Shown here in pieces: positions 30,424 to 39,479 of a stretch of 64,000 nt of DNA. The position numbers and the translations under genes are program-made. This stretch comes from a virus (taxonomy: Duplodnaviria; Caudoviricetes): IMG/VR virus record IMGVR_UViG_2773857666_000003, positions 7,870 to 71,869 of that record, one strand, 5' to 3'. The notes under the pieces were generated by a model. It did not search any database and was not told the DNA's origin. It was given only the letters and a program-made list of their open reading frames with translations. Positions within the stretch are counted from its first letter, which is position 1; each line of letters opens with the position of its first letter.

Positions 30424-30716
30424 GGTTTCTGGCCATCATGTTCGGTGCGATGTTTGCGATCGCCCTGCTCAGCGGCTGCGGTCACACGCCGCGCCCTGAA
30501 ATTCGGACGGTCACCGTCAACGTGCCGGTGCCGCAACCCTGTATCCCGGCGACGCTGGGGGACGAACCCGATTATCCCGACACCGATGCTGCACTTCGAG
30601 CCGCCGTCGATGCGGCCGAGCGCTACCTGCTGATCGCCGCCGGTCGCACGCTTCGCATCGCCCGCAACAACGAACTGGAAACCGCGGTGGCCGGTTGCCC
30701 GAAGGTAGGTCAGTGA
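30420..30716 (+). CDS. Outer-membrane spanin lipoprotein (Rz1-like)
   Basis: Lipobox LSGC, Pro-rich VNVPVPQPC, C-terminal Cys. Confidence 0.75.
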   Translation: MRFLAIMFGAMFAIALLSGCGHTPRPEIRTVTVNVPVPQPCIPATLGDEPDYPDTDAALRAAVDAAERYLLIAAGRTLRIARNNELETAVAGCPKVGQ

Positions 30717-31075
30717 GCATCGATCAAGTGGCATACGACGCCCTCAACCTCGGCAAGCAGAATGCTCGTGACATCGAAAACCACGAGAAAGTCTGTGCCG
30801 AGCGTTATGCCGGCATCCACACTGCCATCGGCGAACTGAAAATCTCCGTGGCCACGTCGAACAAGGAGTTCCGTGGCAACTTCTGGAAGGCCGGTAGTCT
30901 GGCCTTCACCATCATTCTTGGGATGCTCGGCTTCATGCTATCTCAGCAGTTTGCCGCCGGCAACCGCGTCAACGACGACCAACAGCGCAAGATCGAACGG
31001 CTGATGCAACAGCTCGCCGATGAACGCGCCAACCCGGCAAGGGGATCGTATGAGCGACCCGAAGCACATCGATGA
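30713..31075 (+). CDS. Hypothetical membrane protein
   Basis: HEKVCAERY coiled coil plus one TM helix. Confidence 0.7.
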   Translation: MSIDQVAYDALNLGKQNARDIENHEKVCAERYAGIHTAIGELKISVATSNKEFRGNFWKAGSLAFTIILGMLGFMLSQQFAAGNRVNDDQQRKIERLMQQLADERANPARGSYERPEAHR

Positions 31076-32354
31076 CCGACTAAGGCAATACGCTACCCCG
31101 CGTCAGATCGAATTTATCGACGCAATCCAGAAGCACGGTTCACAGAGCGCCGCCGATCGCGCGTTGGGGGTCAGCCAGGGTCTTATCTCTCGATCAATGC
31201 GCGCCCTCCAAAAGGCAGCCGATCGCGCCGCTGCCCTGAAGCCCCGCGGCACGCCAGGGTTCACCGAACGCGAACTGACCACCCACTATGATGAACATGG
31301 TAGCGTCACCGGCTCCTCATTAAAGGAAGCGCCGGCATCCGTTCACGATGAAGGCGGCGTCGGCGCTGGACCTGAACGCGACGGGCACGACGGCTACCTG
31401 ATCAAGGGTGTCTCGACCTATTTCGATGCTGCCGGCCAGCAACGCGGCCAGTGGGTTAAAACTGGCACTGATCCGGATGCACTCGACCAGGCTAAACGTG
31501 CCGCAATCGCCGCGCTCGCAGATGACCTCCGCGGTCTGGCTCCGATCACAGCCGCCCCCGTTACGACTTATGCTGATATCCTCGCAGTCTATCCGATGGG
31601 TGACCCGCACTTCGGGATGCACGCATGGGGTCGAGAGGCGGGTGAGGACTTCGACCTGCAAGAGGCTGAACGCCTAACGCTGGGCGCGATCAACCGCCTG
31701 GTGTCGGCTGCACCGCCGGCGGCAACCGCTATCATCCTGAACCTTGGGGACTACTTCCACAACGACGACCAGACGAATCAGACACCAGCGCATCGTCATC
31801 AGCTCGACGTCGACAGCCGGTTTCCGAAGATCTTGGAAGTCGGCATCCGGGCGATGCGTCACGCCATCATCCGCATGCTGGAGAAGCACGCGAAGGTCAT
31901 CGTTCGCATGGAGCCGGGCAACCATGATCCGCATGCGACGTGGGCGCTCACCATGGCGATATCCGCCTATTTCGAAAATGAGCCTCGTGTTGAGGTGAAC
32001 ACGTCACCCGCGAAATTCTGGTTCTATCGCTTCGGCCAGGTACTGATCGGATCGACACACGGCGACACGGTTAAACAGGATGCGCTGCTCGGCGTCATGG
32101 CGACCGATGCCTACCGGGAGTGGGGGCTTACACGCTTCCGCTACTGGTACACCGGACATGTGCATCATCAGGCGGTGAAGGAACTGGCCGGCGTGACATG
32201 TGAGTCGTTCCGGACACTGGCTGCCAAGGACGCATATGCCGCGTCACATGGCTACCGCGCCGGCCGTGACATGCGCCTGATCGTCCACCACAAGGATTAC
32301 GGTGAGATCGAACGACACCGCTGCGATGTCGCGATGCTGGGAGCCTCAGCATGA
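31050..32354 (+). CDS. Calcineurin-like metallophosphoesterase with N-terminal HTH-like region
   Basis: GDPHFG, LGDYFH, PGNHD, HGD, GHVHH; HGSQSAADRALGVSQGLIS. Confidence 0.85.
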   Translation: MSDPKHIDDRLRQYATPRQIEFIDAIQKHGSQSAADRALGVSQGLISRSMRALQKAADRAAALKPRGTPGFTERELTTHYDEHGSVTGSSLKEAPASVHDEGGVGAGPERDGHDGYLIKGVSTYFDAAGQQRGQWVKTGTDPDALDQAKRAAIAALADDLRGLAPITAAPVTTYADILAVYPMGDPHFGMHAWGREAGEDFDLQEAERLTLGAINRLVSAAPPAATAIILNLGDYFHNDDQTNQTPAHRHQLDVDSRFPKILEVGIRAMRHAIIRMLEKHAKVIVRMEPGNHDPHATWALTMAISAYFENEPRVEVNTSPAKFWFYRFGQVLIGSTHGDTVKQDALLGVMATDAYREWGLTRFRYWYTGHVHHQAVKELAGVTCESFRTLAAKDAYAASHGYRAGRDMRLIVHHKDYGEIERHRCDVAMLGASA

Positions 32355-32620
32355 TCCGCGACGGCGTCGACCAGCGGGTCAGCGCCATCCAGGGTTGGCT
32401 GCCAATACAGGAGGCGCCGTTAGCGCGCCGAACACTGGTCGACCGTGATTTCCCTGATAGCTTCCGGGCAATTCCACGTCGCATCTTCGGGCTAACCCGT
32501 GACGGACGTGCCGTGTATGCCTGGTATCGAGCGGATGGGGATTATGCGGACCGCTGGACTGACCGCAGCGGGACGGTAGTCTTCGACTTGACCCACTTCC
32601 GGCTAACTGCGAGTCGGTAA
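32351..32620 (+). CDS. Hypothetical protein
   Basis: WLPIQEAP...LTHF pattern. Confidence 0.55.
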   Translation: MIRDGVDQRVSAIQGWLPIQEAPLARRTLVDRDFPDSFRAIPRRIFGLTRDGRAVYAWYRADGDYADRWTDRSGTVVFDLTHFRLTASR

Positions 32621-32938
32621 TCCGATCAGCGTGATACCGATTCGGCTGAAGAAGCCGACTTCGGTGCCTGTGACCGCTCCTGAGTCGGTAATCGCCAGGC
32701 AGATGCTCTTGAAGATCATGTGGTCGCGGGCTTCTTCGAGATATTCCAGAAGCTCCTCGGCACATTTCGTTCCGATATCGCAATCCTGCGCATAATCTCC
32801 CGTTTTGCGAGGTGCCCAGAAGTCGGTCTTGCCGTCACACTTGACCTGCACGAACGAAAGTGGGTGCGACATTTCACCAGAAAAACCAAGCATAACGATC
32901 CCCCGTGGATTCGGTTCCATGAAAAATACTTTGGCCAT
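32603..32938 (-). CDS. Hypothetical protein downstream of CtrA/LexA-type control region
   Basis: FWAPRKTGDYAQDCDIG...GTEVGFF; start uncertain (32938 or 32893). Confidence 0.65.
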   Translation of the reverse strand: MAKVFFMEPNPRGIVMLGFSGEMSHPLSFVQVKCDGKTDFWAPRKTGDYAQDCDIGTKCAEELLEYLEEARDHMIFKSICLAITDSGAVTGTEVGFFSRIGITLIGLPTRS

Positions 32939-33023
32939 GTGGCCAAAGTTGCACAAGTGCTTTTCACGTTTTAGTTGAAGAAATGCGGCGAAGCGTAAGG
33001 CGCTCTGGTCACGCAGCACCTCT

Positions 33024-33038
33024 TTAACCATTTGTTAA
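33024..33038. promoter_or_regulatory. CtrA-type binding site
   Basis: TTAA-CCATTTG-TTAA, exact TTAA-N7-TTAA with TTAACCAT half-site, in AT-rich DNA. Confidence 0.7.
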
Positions 33039-33193
33039 TAGTGCCGATAACGTAAGGGAAAAGGCTTGTAGATGCGATGTTTAACGCTTCCTGCAAGCGG
33101 TTGATTGGACTCGTTTTAGTTGATTTTACATGAGCGCGACACGTGTAAATACAACTTAGATCAAACTGTTTCATACATCCTCCGCGAATCAAT

Positions 33194-33208
33194 GTTCTCT
33201 ATCTGTTC
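33194..33208. promoter_or_regulatory. Alphaproteobacterial LexA (SOS) box
   Basis: GTTC-TCTATCT-GTTC, exact GTTC-N7-GTTC. Confidence 0.7.
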
Positions 33209-33371
33209 TCACAGGTACGGGGCTGTAGGAAATCCCCTATTTAGCCCCATGGGGATCATTCAGCCCCTTGCTTTCCGAATCGGAAGTTGCCAAACTTGAG
33301 CCATGATTGCAAGATGTGTAAGTTCACTATTATATGTTGCATCACCGCAGGCGTTGCGGCATCAGGCAAAA

Positions 33372-33545
33372 ATGGAGAAAAAGGACGTGCGTATTCAGTT
33401 GGTCATCAGCCCGGCCGAAATGGCCGTGCTCGACGAATATCGCGCTAGGCTTCAAATCTGGTCGCGATCCGACGCGATTCGACGACTCATTGCTGAGGGC
33501 GTGAAACGCGACATTCTTAGTGATATGAAGACTGACAAAGCCTGA
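33372..33545 (+). CDS. Ribbon-helix-helix (CopG-like) DNA-binding protein
   Basis: VRIQLVIS strand, LDEYR, SRSDAIRRLI. Confidence 0.8.
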   Translation: MEKKDVRIQLVISPAEMAVLDEYRARLQIWSRSDAIRRLIAEGVKRDILSDMKTDKA

Positions 33546-33551
33546 ACAGCG

Positions 33552-34205
33552 TCACAACTCGTCGAAATCGTCCACCAGTAGCGAGTCGAAGTCGTCACCT
33601 GCGGCTCTAAACTTCTGCGTCTCGTTACCCCAGACCGACCAGCCCGGCCGTTCTGTGCGCGCAAACAGTTCAACATGAGGACCGGCCGCAAGCCGCTCTA
33701 GGCGTTCATAGCGCTCATCGGGCTTGCGGCTGTGCTCACGCTTCGGCGCATATATCACCTGCTCCTCGGCCTCGATGAGCTGGCGGACACCGGCATCCAG
33801 GCGGCTCGGCCACCCGCGGCTGAACAACAGGCCATATTCCACCTGCTTCCGCACCCACTTTCCCATGCCGATCGGTCGCACCGCTGAGTCGTTCTTGCCG
33901 GTCTTCACCCACACGAGACCGTCGGACTTGAACGTGAAGCCCCAAGTCCGTCCGAGTTCGATGGCCTGGTCGAGGTGGCTGCCAATCACCCACATATGCA
34001 GCAGGCAATCTTTCGCCGCGATATCGGCGACCGGCAGCGCCTTCATATCATCGAGCGTCATCACCGGGTAAGGTGCCTCGGCTGTCCGATGCGGTGCAGC
34101 GCCTTTCCCTGAGAAATTAACCCACGACCAAGCCGGATCAGCCTCTATGACGCCGAAGTGGTTGCGCGGAAGACCTGCGAACGGTCCAGCTTCGATGAGC
34201 GTCAC
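33552..34205 (-). CDS. MT-A70 family adenine methyltransferase
   Basis: ADPAW catalytic motif, LHMWV, WGF, HSRKP, ELFAR..RPGW..WGNE. Confidence 0.92.
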   Translation of the reverse strand: MTLIEAGPFAGLPRNHFGVIEADPAWSWVNFSGKGAAPHRTAEAPYPVMTLDDMKALPVADIAAKDCLLHMWVIGSHLDQAIELGRTWGFTFKSDGLVWVKTGKNDSAVRPIGMGKWVRKQVEYGLLFSRGWPSRLDAGVRQLIEAEEQVIYAPKREHSRKPDERYERLERLAAGPHVELFARTERPGWSVWGNETQKFRAAGDDFDSLLVDDFDEL

Positions 34206-34540
34206 AGGAAATCCTCAAAATCGTCAGCAGGGCGGGGGAGGGGTGTCGCAGCGATCGCCTCTTCAATGTCGACCTGGCGCGGGTCTGTGGTAGCCTCGGT
34301 CACTACCGCCGGCGCATCCTCGTCGAACAACACCGTGCGGCCGTTGGCGCCGGTTGCCCGGAGACGCAGCGCCACCGTGAGCGCTTCGATGGGGTCTGGA
34401 GCCGTGTGGCAGGTCCATGCGCCGCCGATTGCGTTCTCGCTGACGTTGGCCTGGAAGAACCCGCCTTTCGTCTGCCAGAGGTGGATGCGGACATTGTCCT
34501 GGTCAGCGAGCTGCCGGATGTAGGTTTCGAGGCTGCTCAC
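34202..34540 (-). CDS. Hypothetical protein with C-terminal DDFEDFL tail
   Basis: Coupled ORF chain. Confidence 0.7.
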   Translation of the reverse strand: MSSLETYIRQLADQDNVRIHLWQTKGGFFQANVSENAIGGAWTCHTAPDPIEALTVALRLRATGANGRTVLFDEDAPAVVTEATTDPRQVDIEEAIAATPLPRPADDFEDFL

Positions 34541-34542
34541 CG

Positions 34543-34803
34543 TCAGAGCATCCCGAGGGCCGCTTTGTAGGTGTCGAGCAGGGCTTCGGCTTCCTGCCGC
34601 GCGTGCATCTCCATCTTCCGCAACCGGACGATCGAGCGCATCGTCTTCACATCGTAGCCATTTGCCTTGGCTTCCAGGTAGACGTCCCTAATGTCGTCGC
34701 TGATCCCCTTCTTCTCTTCCTCCAAGCGCTCAATACGCTCCAGAAAGAGGCGCAACTGCTCAGCCGCAACGTTACCCTCAGAATTATGTCCAATACCGCT
34801 CAT
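34543..34803 (-). CDS. gapR: DUF2312 / GapR-like DNA-binding protein
   Basis: GHNS...[40 protein letters not shown]...[11 protein letters not shown]. Confidence 0.9.
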   Translation of the reverse strand: MSGIGHNSEGNVAAEQLRLFLERIERLEEEKKGISDDIRDVYLEAKANGYDVKTMRSIVRLRKMEMHARQEAEALLDTYKAALGML

Positions 34804-34818
34804 TGGTCCCTCCAATTA

Positions 34819-35340
34819 TCACGCGAAATTTGATTCGCCGGGCGCAATGCCCAACTTCTGGCAGAGCCGTTGCCGACCCAAACTGATGGCCGCGCTGGTG
34901 GCAGCGACGGTTCGACCGTGGCGCTCGGCCACTTCGCCAACCGTCAACCCGTCAGCCAGCCCGCTGAGTCCGTCCTGTTGCGCCGGTCCCAACCCCTCGA
35001 AGTGACGGCGAAGCTGCTCGACGTACAACGCGAGGCCCTGCTGCGGCGCCACCGCGCGGCCGTCCGCCTCGGCGTCGTAAGACTCCCGAACCAGGTCGGT
35101 CGCAGCATGCGGCCCGGCGTATTGGTTGATCCCTGTTCGCGTCACCGGCCGCCGGGCGCGCGCCGCCGCGAATCGAGTGAGACGCAACATTCCCAGCTTG
35201 TCTGTGATCCCGATCTCCCAGGCCGTAATCAGTGCTTCCTGGACCACGTCGTCCCCGTCGATGTCAGCCGGCGTTAGGTTGCGAGCGTATCGCAGCATCG
35301 CAGGCCGATAGCGTCGGGCGGCGGCTGCGAAATCGCTCAC
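34819..35340 (-). CDS. ECF-like sigma-70 family protein
   Basis: MLRYARNL..DDVVQEALI (region 2); GLTVGEVAERHG (region 4 HTH). Confidence 0.75.
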   Translation of the reverse strand: MSDFAAAARRYRPAMLRYARNLTPADIDGDDVVQEALITAWEIGITDKLGMLRLTRFAAARARRPVTRTGINQYAGPHAATDLVRESYDAEADGRAVAPQQGLALYVEQLRRHFEGLGPAQQDGLSGLADGLTVGEVAERHGRTVAATSAAISLGRQRLCQKLGIAPGESNFA

Positions 35341-35504
35341 TGTTCTGACTGTTCCAGCGCATCGCGGACAGCCAAGGCGCCGCGCATGAAGGGTCCGTCG
35401 TTCTGGCGGCCTTCGCGCACACTGAGGATGAAGTCGGTATTACCGTGGCCGGCTTCCTCTAGTGCGTCCGCGACGATGTCCTGAATCTGTTCTGTGGTCA
35501 GCAT
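35337..35504 (-). CDS. Small hypothetical protein
   Basis: 55-aa ORF read by hand (MLTTEQIQDIVADALEEAG...), overlaps both neighbours. Confidence 0.55.
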   Translation of the reverse strand: MLTTEQIQDIVADALEEAGHGNTDFILSVREGRQNDGPFMRGALAVRDALEQSEQ

Positions 35505-35719
35505 GATGTCACCCGCTTGAAAATGAAGCCGATCTTCTCGGCATCGGTCTGGCCGAAGATGGCCTTAAGCGCCCATCCGTCTTCGAGCATCGCATCGAGC
35601 GCGATCGGCAGATGGGTCGGATTTATGGTGAGGCCCCGCGCAAAAGCGTAGTGTTTCCCCTTGAACAGTTCCCCGAAGCGGTGATCCTGGAGAGGTGGTG
35701 GTTCGGCGATATCTACCAT
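35498..35719 (-). CDS. Hypothetical protein
   Basis: ORF with RBS in the leftward chain. Confidence 0.6.
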   Translation of the reverse strand: MVDIAEPPPLQDHRFGELFKGKHYAFARGLTINPTHLPIALDAMLEDGWALKAIFGQTDAEKIGFIFKRVTSC

Positions 35720-35734
35720 GGTGAAACTCTCTTA

Positions 35735-36301
35735 TTAATTGATTCCTAGAGTGCGATCAACGGCCGCATGTAGGTCAGCAACCGACCCGCCGTTGAAGAT
35801 CTCGGGCATGTGGATCAAGTCAAGCTGACCTTCCGACGCATGGGCAACCGTTACCCGCGCATCCGGTCTCACGATGCGCCAGGTGTCGCCACCGGCAGCA
35901 TGGATCGCGTCATGCTCATTTGGGAAGCGGAGATCGTCGACGACAACTGAGTGACCCAATGCCATCAGCCGCGCAGCTTGGTGCAGCGTGATGTCAACCC
36001 AGAGGCTATCCTTGATGCACTGACGTCCCCACTCGGTCCCCAATGACTGCATAATCCGCCGCGCACTCACACCGATCTCCGATATCACCTGCTCCTTGCG
36101 GGTGCCGCGCGTCCGGTCGGCGATCTCTAGCGCGCTCATGCCTAGCTGGTGCAGAAACGTCTCCGTCATCTTCTTCAACGTGGTCGCGAAGGACAGCTTC
36201 GTGAAGCCGTGTTGCATGCAGAGATAGTTAGCGGCTGTCGTCTTCCCGCTGAACATGGCGGGCGAACAGAGACCGATCAGCCGCGGCTGTGTGGTAGTCA
36301 T
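35735..36301 (-). CDS. Deoxynucleoside monophosphate kinase
   Basis: SGKTT, SFATTLK, RRIMQSLGTEWGR, VVVDDLRFPNE, HASE. Confidence 0.9.
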   Translation of the reverse strand: MTTTQPRLIGLCSPAMFSGKTTAANYLCMQHGFTKLSFATTLKKMTETFLHQLGMSALEIADRTRGTRKEQVISEIGVSARRIMQSLGTEWGRQCIKDSLWVDITLHQAARLMALGHSVVVDDLRFPNEHDAIHAAGGDTWRIVRPDARVTVAHASEGQLDLIHMPEIFNGGSVADLHAAVDRTLGIN

Positions 36302-36324
36302 AAGAACTCCTGAATGAAGATTGG

Positions 36325-36648
36325 TCAAAGGCCGAGCGCGCTTCGAATTTTCTGGCGGGCATCAGCAGCACCGTGGCTGAAGCCGATGGTGCGTTCAGAA
36401 TTGAGGTGGCGCAGGATTTCGTAAGCCGCTTGGGGCGACAGGATGCCGTCGAACACCTTCACACCGCCAGGTTTGCATTCCCATCGACCGTTCTGAAGCA
36501 CCGCTGGCGAAATGTGACTGCGCGGCCGCTCGTCGTTGCTCGTCATCAAGCGCCAGAACGAGTCGCGCTCCCCCGCCGCAGCGAAGAAATAACAGGTCCA
36601 GCCTTCATGCGGTCCCGGTTCACTGTGTAGAACGGTGACATCCATCAC
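36325..36648 (-). CDS. Hypothetical protein
   Basis: Coupled ORF chain. Confidence 0.6.
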   Translation of the reverse strand: MMDVTVLHSEPGPHEGWTCYFFAAAGERDSFWRLMTSNDERPRSHISPAVLQNGRWECKPGGVKVFDGILSPQAAYEILRHLNSERTIGFSHGAADARQKIRSALGL

Positions 36649-37049
36649 AGAAACTCCTCAAAATCGTCAGACATCAGCGTGTCGAAATCATCGTCAGCAG
36701 CCGGGGCAGGGGAGGGGTTAGCCGCCCCGAGCATCCGTGCGACGCACTGGTCGGCTTCCGGAAAGGTGCGATCACACTTGCGATAGGCGTCGATCACGGA
36801 ATCCAGTGGCGTCTTGCCCGTGCCTTCCGCTAACTTGAAGGTCAGCGACCCGCCTTGACGTGACGGCTTGACCTCGAACACGACGGTCGCATAGGGACCG
36901 CGCTTCCCCTGACGCTCTGTCCGGTCGAACGCGAATCCGCGCCGCCCGCAGAGCCTGTGGAAGTCACGCCACCCGTCCAGCTTGCGGATAGCCTCGACTT
37001 CGGGGTCGCTTCGCCAAAGCACTTCAGGTGACCGAATGTATGGTTGCAT
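36645..37049 (-). CDS. Hypothetical protein with double DDF tail
   Basis: Ends ADDDFDTLMSDDFEEFL. Confidence 0.7.
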   Translation of the reverse strand: MQPYIRSPEVLWRSDPEVEAIRKLDGWRDFHRLCGRRGFAFDRTERQGKRGPYATVVFEVKPSRQGGSLTFKLAEGTGKTPLDSVIDAYRKCDRTFPEADQCVARMLGAANPSPAPAADDDFDTLMSDDFEEFL

Positions 37050-37061
37050 GTTCTGCGCCGA

Positions 37062-37961
37062 TCATGCCGACACCTCAGCCTTGATGGCGGGGTGCGGGTC
37101 GTATGTAGCCTGCACGCTGATCTGATCAGGCGTCAGATCGAAGATGCTACACACCTCGGGATGGATCGCCGGATACTGCAGGATCGGAAACGCTCGCGGT
37201 TCACGCGACAACTGTTCGCGCGCCTGCTCAACATGGTTGGCGTAGAGGTGGACATCGCCGAAGGTGTGAACGAACTCACCCACTTCGAGTCCGACTTCCC
37301 GTGCCACCAGATGCACTAGCAGCGCGTAGCTGGCAATGTTGAACGGGACGCCGAGAAACACGTCAGCAGACCGCTGGTAGAGCTGGCAGGACAGCTTCCC
37401 GTTGGCGACGAAGAACTGAAACAGGCAGTGGCACGGCGGCAGGGCCATATCGTCAATCTCAGCCGGATTCCATGCGGTGACGATATGTCGTCGACCGTGC
37501 GGGTCGCGCTTCAGGCCGTCGATGACATTCGCAATTTGGTCAATGGACCGAGGAAATTCGAGATGGTAGCCGTTGCCGAGGGTGAGCGACGAACTGCCCT
37601 CTGGTACAGTGGTATGGCTGGCGTGAACAACCGACGGTGCCGGCCAATTCCGCCACTGCTTACCGTAAACCGGTCCGAGTTCGCCGTTCTCATCCGCCCA
37701 CTCATCCCAGATGGTCACGCCGTGATCGTGCAGGAATTTGACGTTCGTATCGCCGCGCAGAAACCACAGCAACTCGACGACGATCGACTTGAAATGGACT
37801 CGCTTGGTGGTCAGCAGCGGGAAGCCCTGCGACAGGTCGAACCGGATCTGGCGACCGAACAGCCCGTAGGTGCCACCGTTGCGACCCTCGCGATAGACGC
37901 CGTTCACCAGGCAATCGCGCAGCAGGTCGAGATATTGGTATTCCGGATGATCTTCGAGCAT
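37062..37961 (-). CDS. thyA: Thymidylate synthase
   Basis: [45 protein letters not shown]; start set at the ATG with RBS at 37961. Confidence 0.97.
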   Translation of the reverse strand: MLEDHPEYQYLDLLRDCLVNGVYREGRNGGTYGLFGRQIRFDLSQGFPLLTTKRVHFKSIVVELLWFLRGDTNVKFLHDHGVTIWDEWADENGELGPVYGKQWRNWPAPSVVHASHTTVPEGSSSLTLGNGYHLEFPRSIDQIANVIDGLKRDPHGRRHIVTAWNPAEIDDMALPPCHCLFQFFVANGKLSCQLYQRSADVFLGVPFNIASYALLVHLVAREVGLEVGEFVHTFGDVHLYANHVEQAREQLSREPRAFPILQYPAIHPEVCSIFDLTPDQISVQATYDPHPAIKAEVSA

Positions 37962-38138
37962 GACGAACTCCCAATAAAACTGTGCGACATTGTCACCATT
38001 CGCCGGTGCATATGAATACAGCCGTTCTCCGGCCGGCGTTGACGGGTTGCCCCGCCTGATGACCCTCACTCCCGCTGCCGTTGTCGAGAGGTGGAAGTAC
38101 CCGGAGGGGCTATTTAGTGTTACGCAGCAAGATGTTGC

Positions 38139-38504
38139 TCATGCTGCGGGACTTCCCAGGTTGTCCCGATGCCAGCCTCTAAAACGCTCAGTCTTTTCCT
38201 TGATGCGTTCGAACACAGCAGCGGAGTCAATTTGGGGGTTTAGTTCAAGAAACACATTTGCCGCTGCGACTACATCGGCGACTTCTTCGACCAACATCTT
38301 GCCCAAATCGCCCGACCAGTGGTCCAGTTTCCCGCCGCGCTGCATCAGCTTTCCGAGCACCTGAATGACCTCTCCACACTCTTCGATGAGTTTGGAGGTG
38401 CCGGGCCAGATGTGACTTCCGAATGCAAAATCACCGGAACCTATGGATAGGCACGAACATGGGCGCATGTCGCCGCAGTCATGACAGTTTCCTAATGCGT
38501 TCAT
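38139..38504 (-). CDS. MazG-like nucleotide pyrophosphohydrolase
   Basis: KLIEECGEV...LVEEVADV. Confidence 0.75.
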   Translation of the reverse strand: MNALGNCHDCGDMRPCSCLSIGSGDFAFGSHIWPGTSKLIEECGEVIQVLGKLMQRGGKLDHWSGDLGKMLVEEVADVVAAANVFLELNPQIDSAAVFERIKEKTERFRGWHRDNLGSPAA

Positions 38505-38971
38505 GACAGGATCGCCTTCACTATATGAATTGCCTCAGACAATGACTGCGTCCGAAAACCGATCGCTTGGTCGACCATGCAATGCTCGTGAACATTTGAC
38601 CCATCGTCTTCGATCACGGTGACGATGGGCGTCCTCTTCAGATCGGCCCACGCAATCTCCATGACCGTGCCGACCGAGACCTTTTTCGCTCCGAGCAAGT
38701 TTACCAGCAGCACGTCACAACGAGTTGCATCAAAGCGGTCCCTCGTCATGATCCCGCGTGGACCAGACAGAGGTGACAGATGCCCATACTCGTGGCAGGT
38801 GGAGGAAAACCCTACGTCAGACTGGACGGTTCTCAGATACTCTTTTGCCCGCATGGGGGAGAGACCCTTGATGCCAGATTCGCGTAGTGCGAGGATCGCA
38901 TCCTCTCGCCAGTCGACGGCATCGGAATAACCCAGGCCACTGATAGGCCCCGCCAAATATACTGTGTTCAT
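38501..38971 (-). CDS. Nucleoside 2-deoxyribosyltransferase-like protein
   Basis: VYLAGPI, RD....CDVLLVN, SVGTVMEIAWA. Confidence 0.8.
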   Translation of the reverse strand: MNTVYLAGPISGLGYSDAVDWREDAILALRESGIKGLSPMRAKEYLRTVQSDVGFSSTCHEYGHLSPLSGPRGIMTRDRFDATRCDVLLVNLLGAKKVSVGTVMEIAWADLKRTPIVTVIEDDGSNVHEHCMVDQAIGFRTQSLSEAIHIVKAILS

Positions 38972-39144
38972 CAGGAAAACCCTCCCGCCAACCAGATCAG
39001 CAACCCCTCAGCCAGTGCGACACCGGCGGCTACGTAACCGTTGAACGGCCGCCGTAGAATTTTCCCGTGGTTGAGACGCGCCATAATCAGCACCGAACTG
39101 AGTAGCAGCAGGAGCAACCCCCGCGCGATGTAGGTGACGATCAT
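38971..39144 (-). CDS. Small membrane protein
   Basis: Two hydrophobic segments; coupled to neighbours. Confidence 0.55.
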   Translation of the reverse strand: MIVTYIARGLLLLLLSSVLIMARLNHGKILRRPFNGYVAAGVALAEGLLIWLAGGFS

Positions 39145-39479
39145 GCTGCGATCCTCATCAGCGTGTCGTTGTGCCAAGTGTCGAAGCCGTCGAAACTCCA
39201 ACCTTCTCGACGCAGCCGGTCGGCAGTGTCACGACCGGAGACCGTCAGCCGGTAGTACCAGAGCCGATCGACCCGCATCTGGTGCTGCACGACCCAGCCA
39301 CGTGTGACCATTTCGTTGACGTCGGCCTGAAACCAGCGATCGCCGTCGGCGGGCTGGGTGATGCCGTTCGATCCGGCTGACAGCAGCGCTGCGACCACCC
39401 GTGGCCGGGCGACAGGGTCGAACAGCTTCGGGTAGGTGAGGACCAGCGGACACACCATCTCAGCGGCCTCCTGTGGCAT
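39141..39479 (-). CDS. Hypothetical protein, possible winged helix
   Basis: MVTRGWV...YYRLTVSGR resembles a wHTH wing. Confidence 0.55.
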   Translation of the reverse strand: MPQEAAEMVCPLVLTYPKLFDPVARPRVVAALLSAGSNGITQPADGDRWFQADVNEMVTRGWVVQHQMRVDRLWYYRLTVSGRDTADRLRREGWSFDGFDTWHNDTLMRIAA

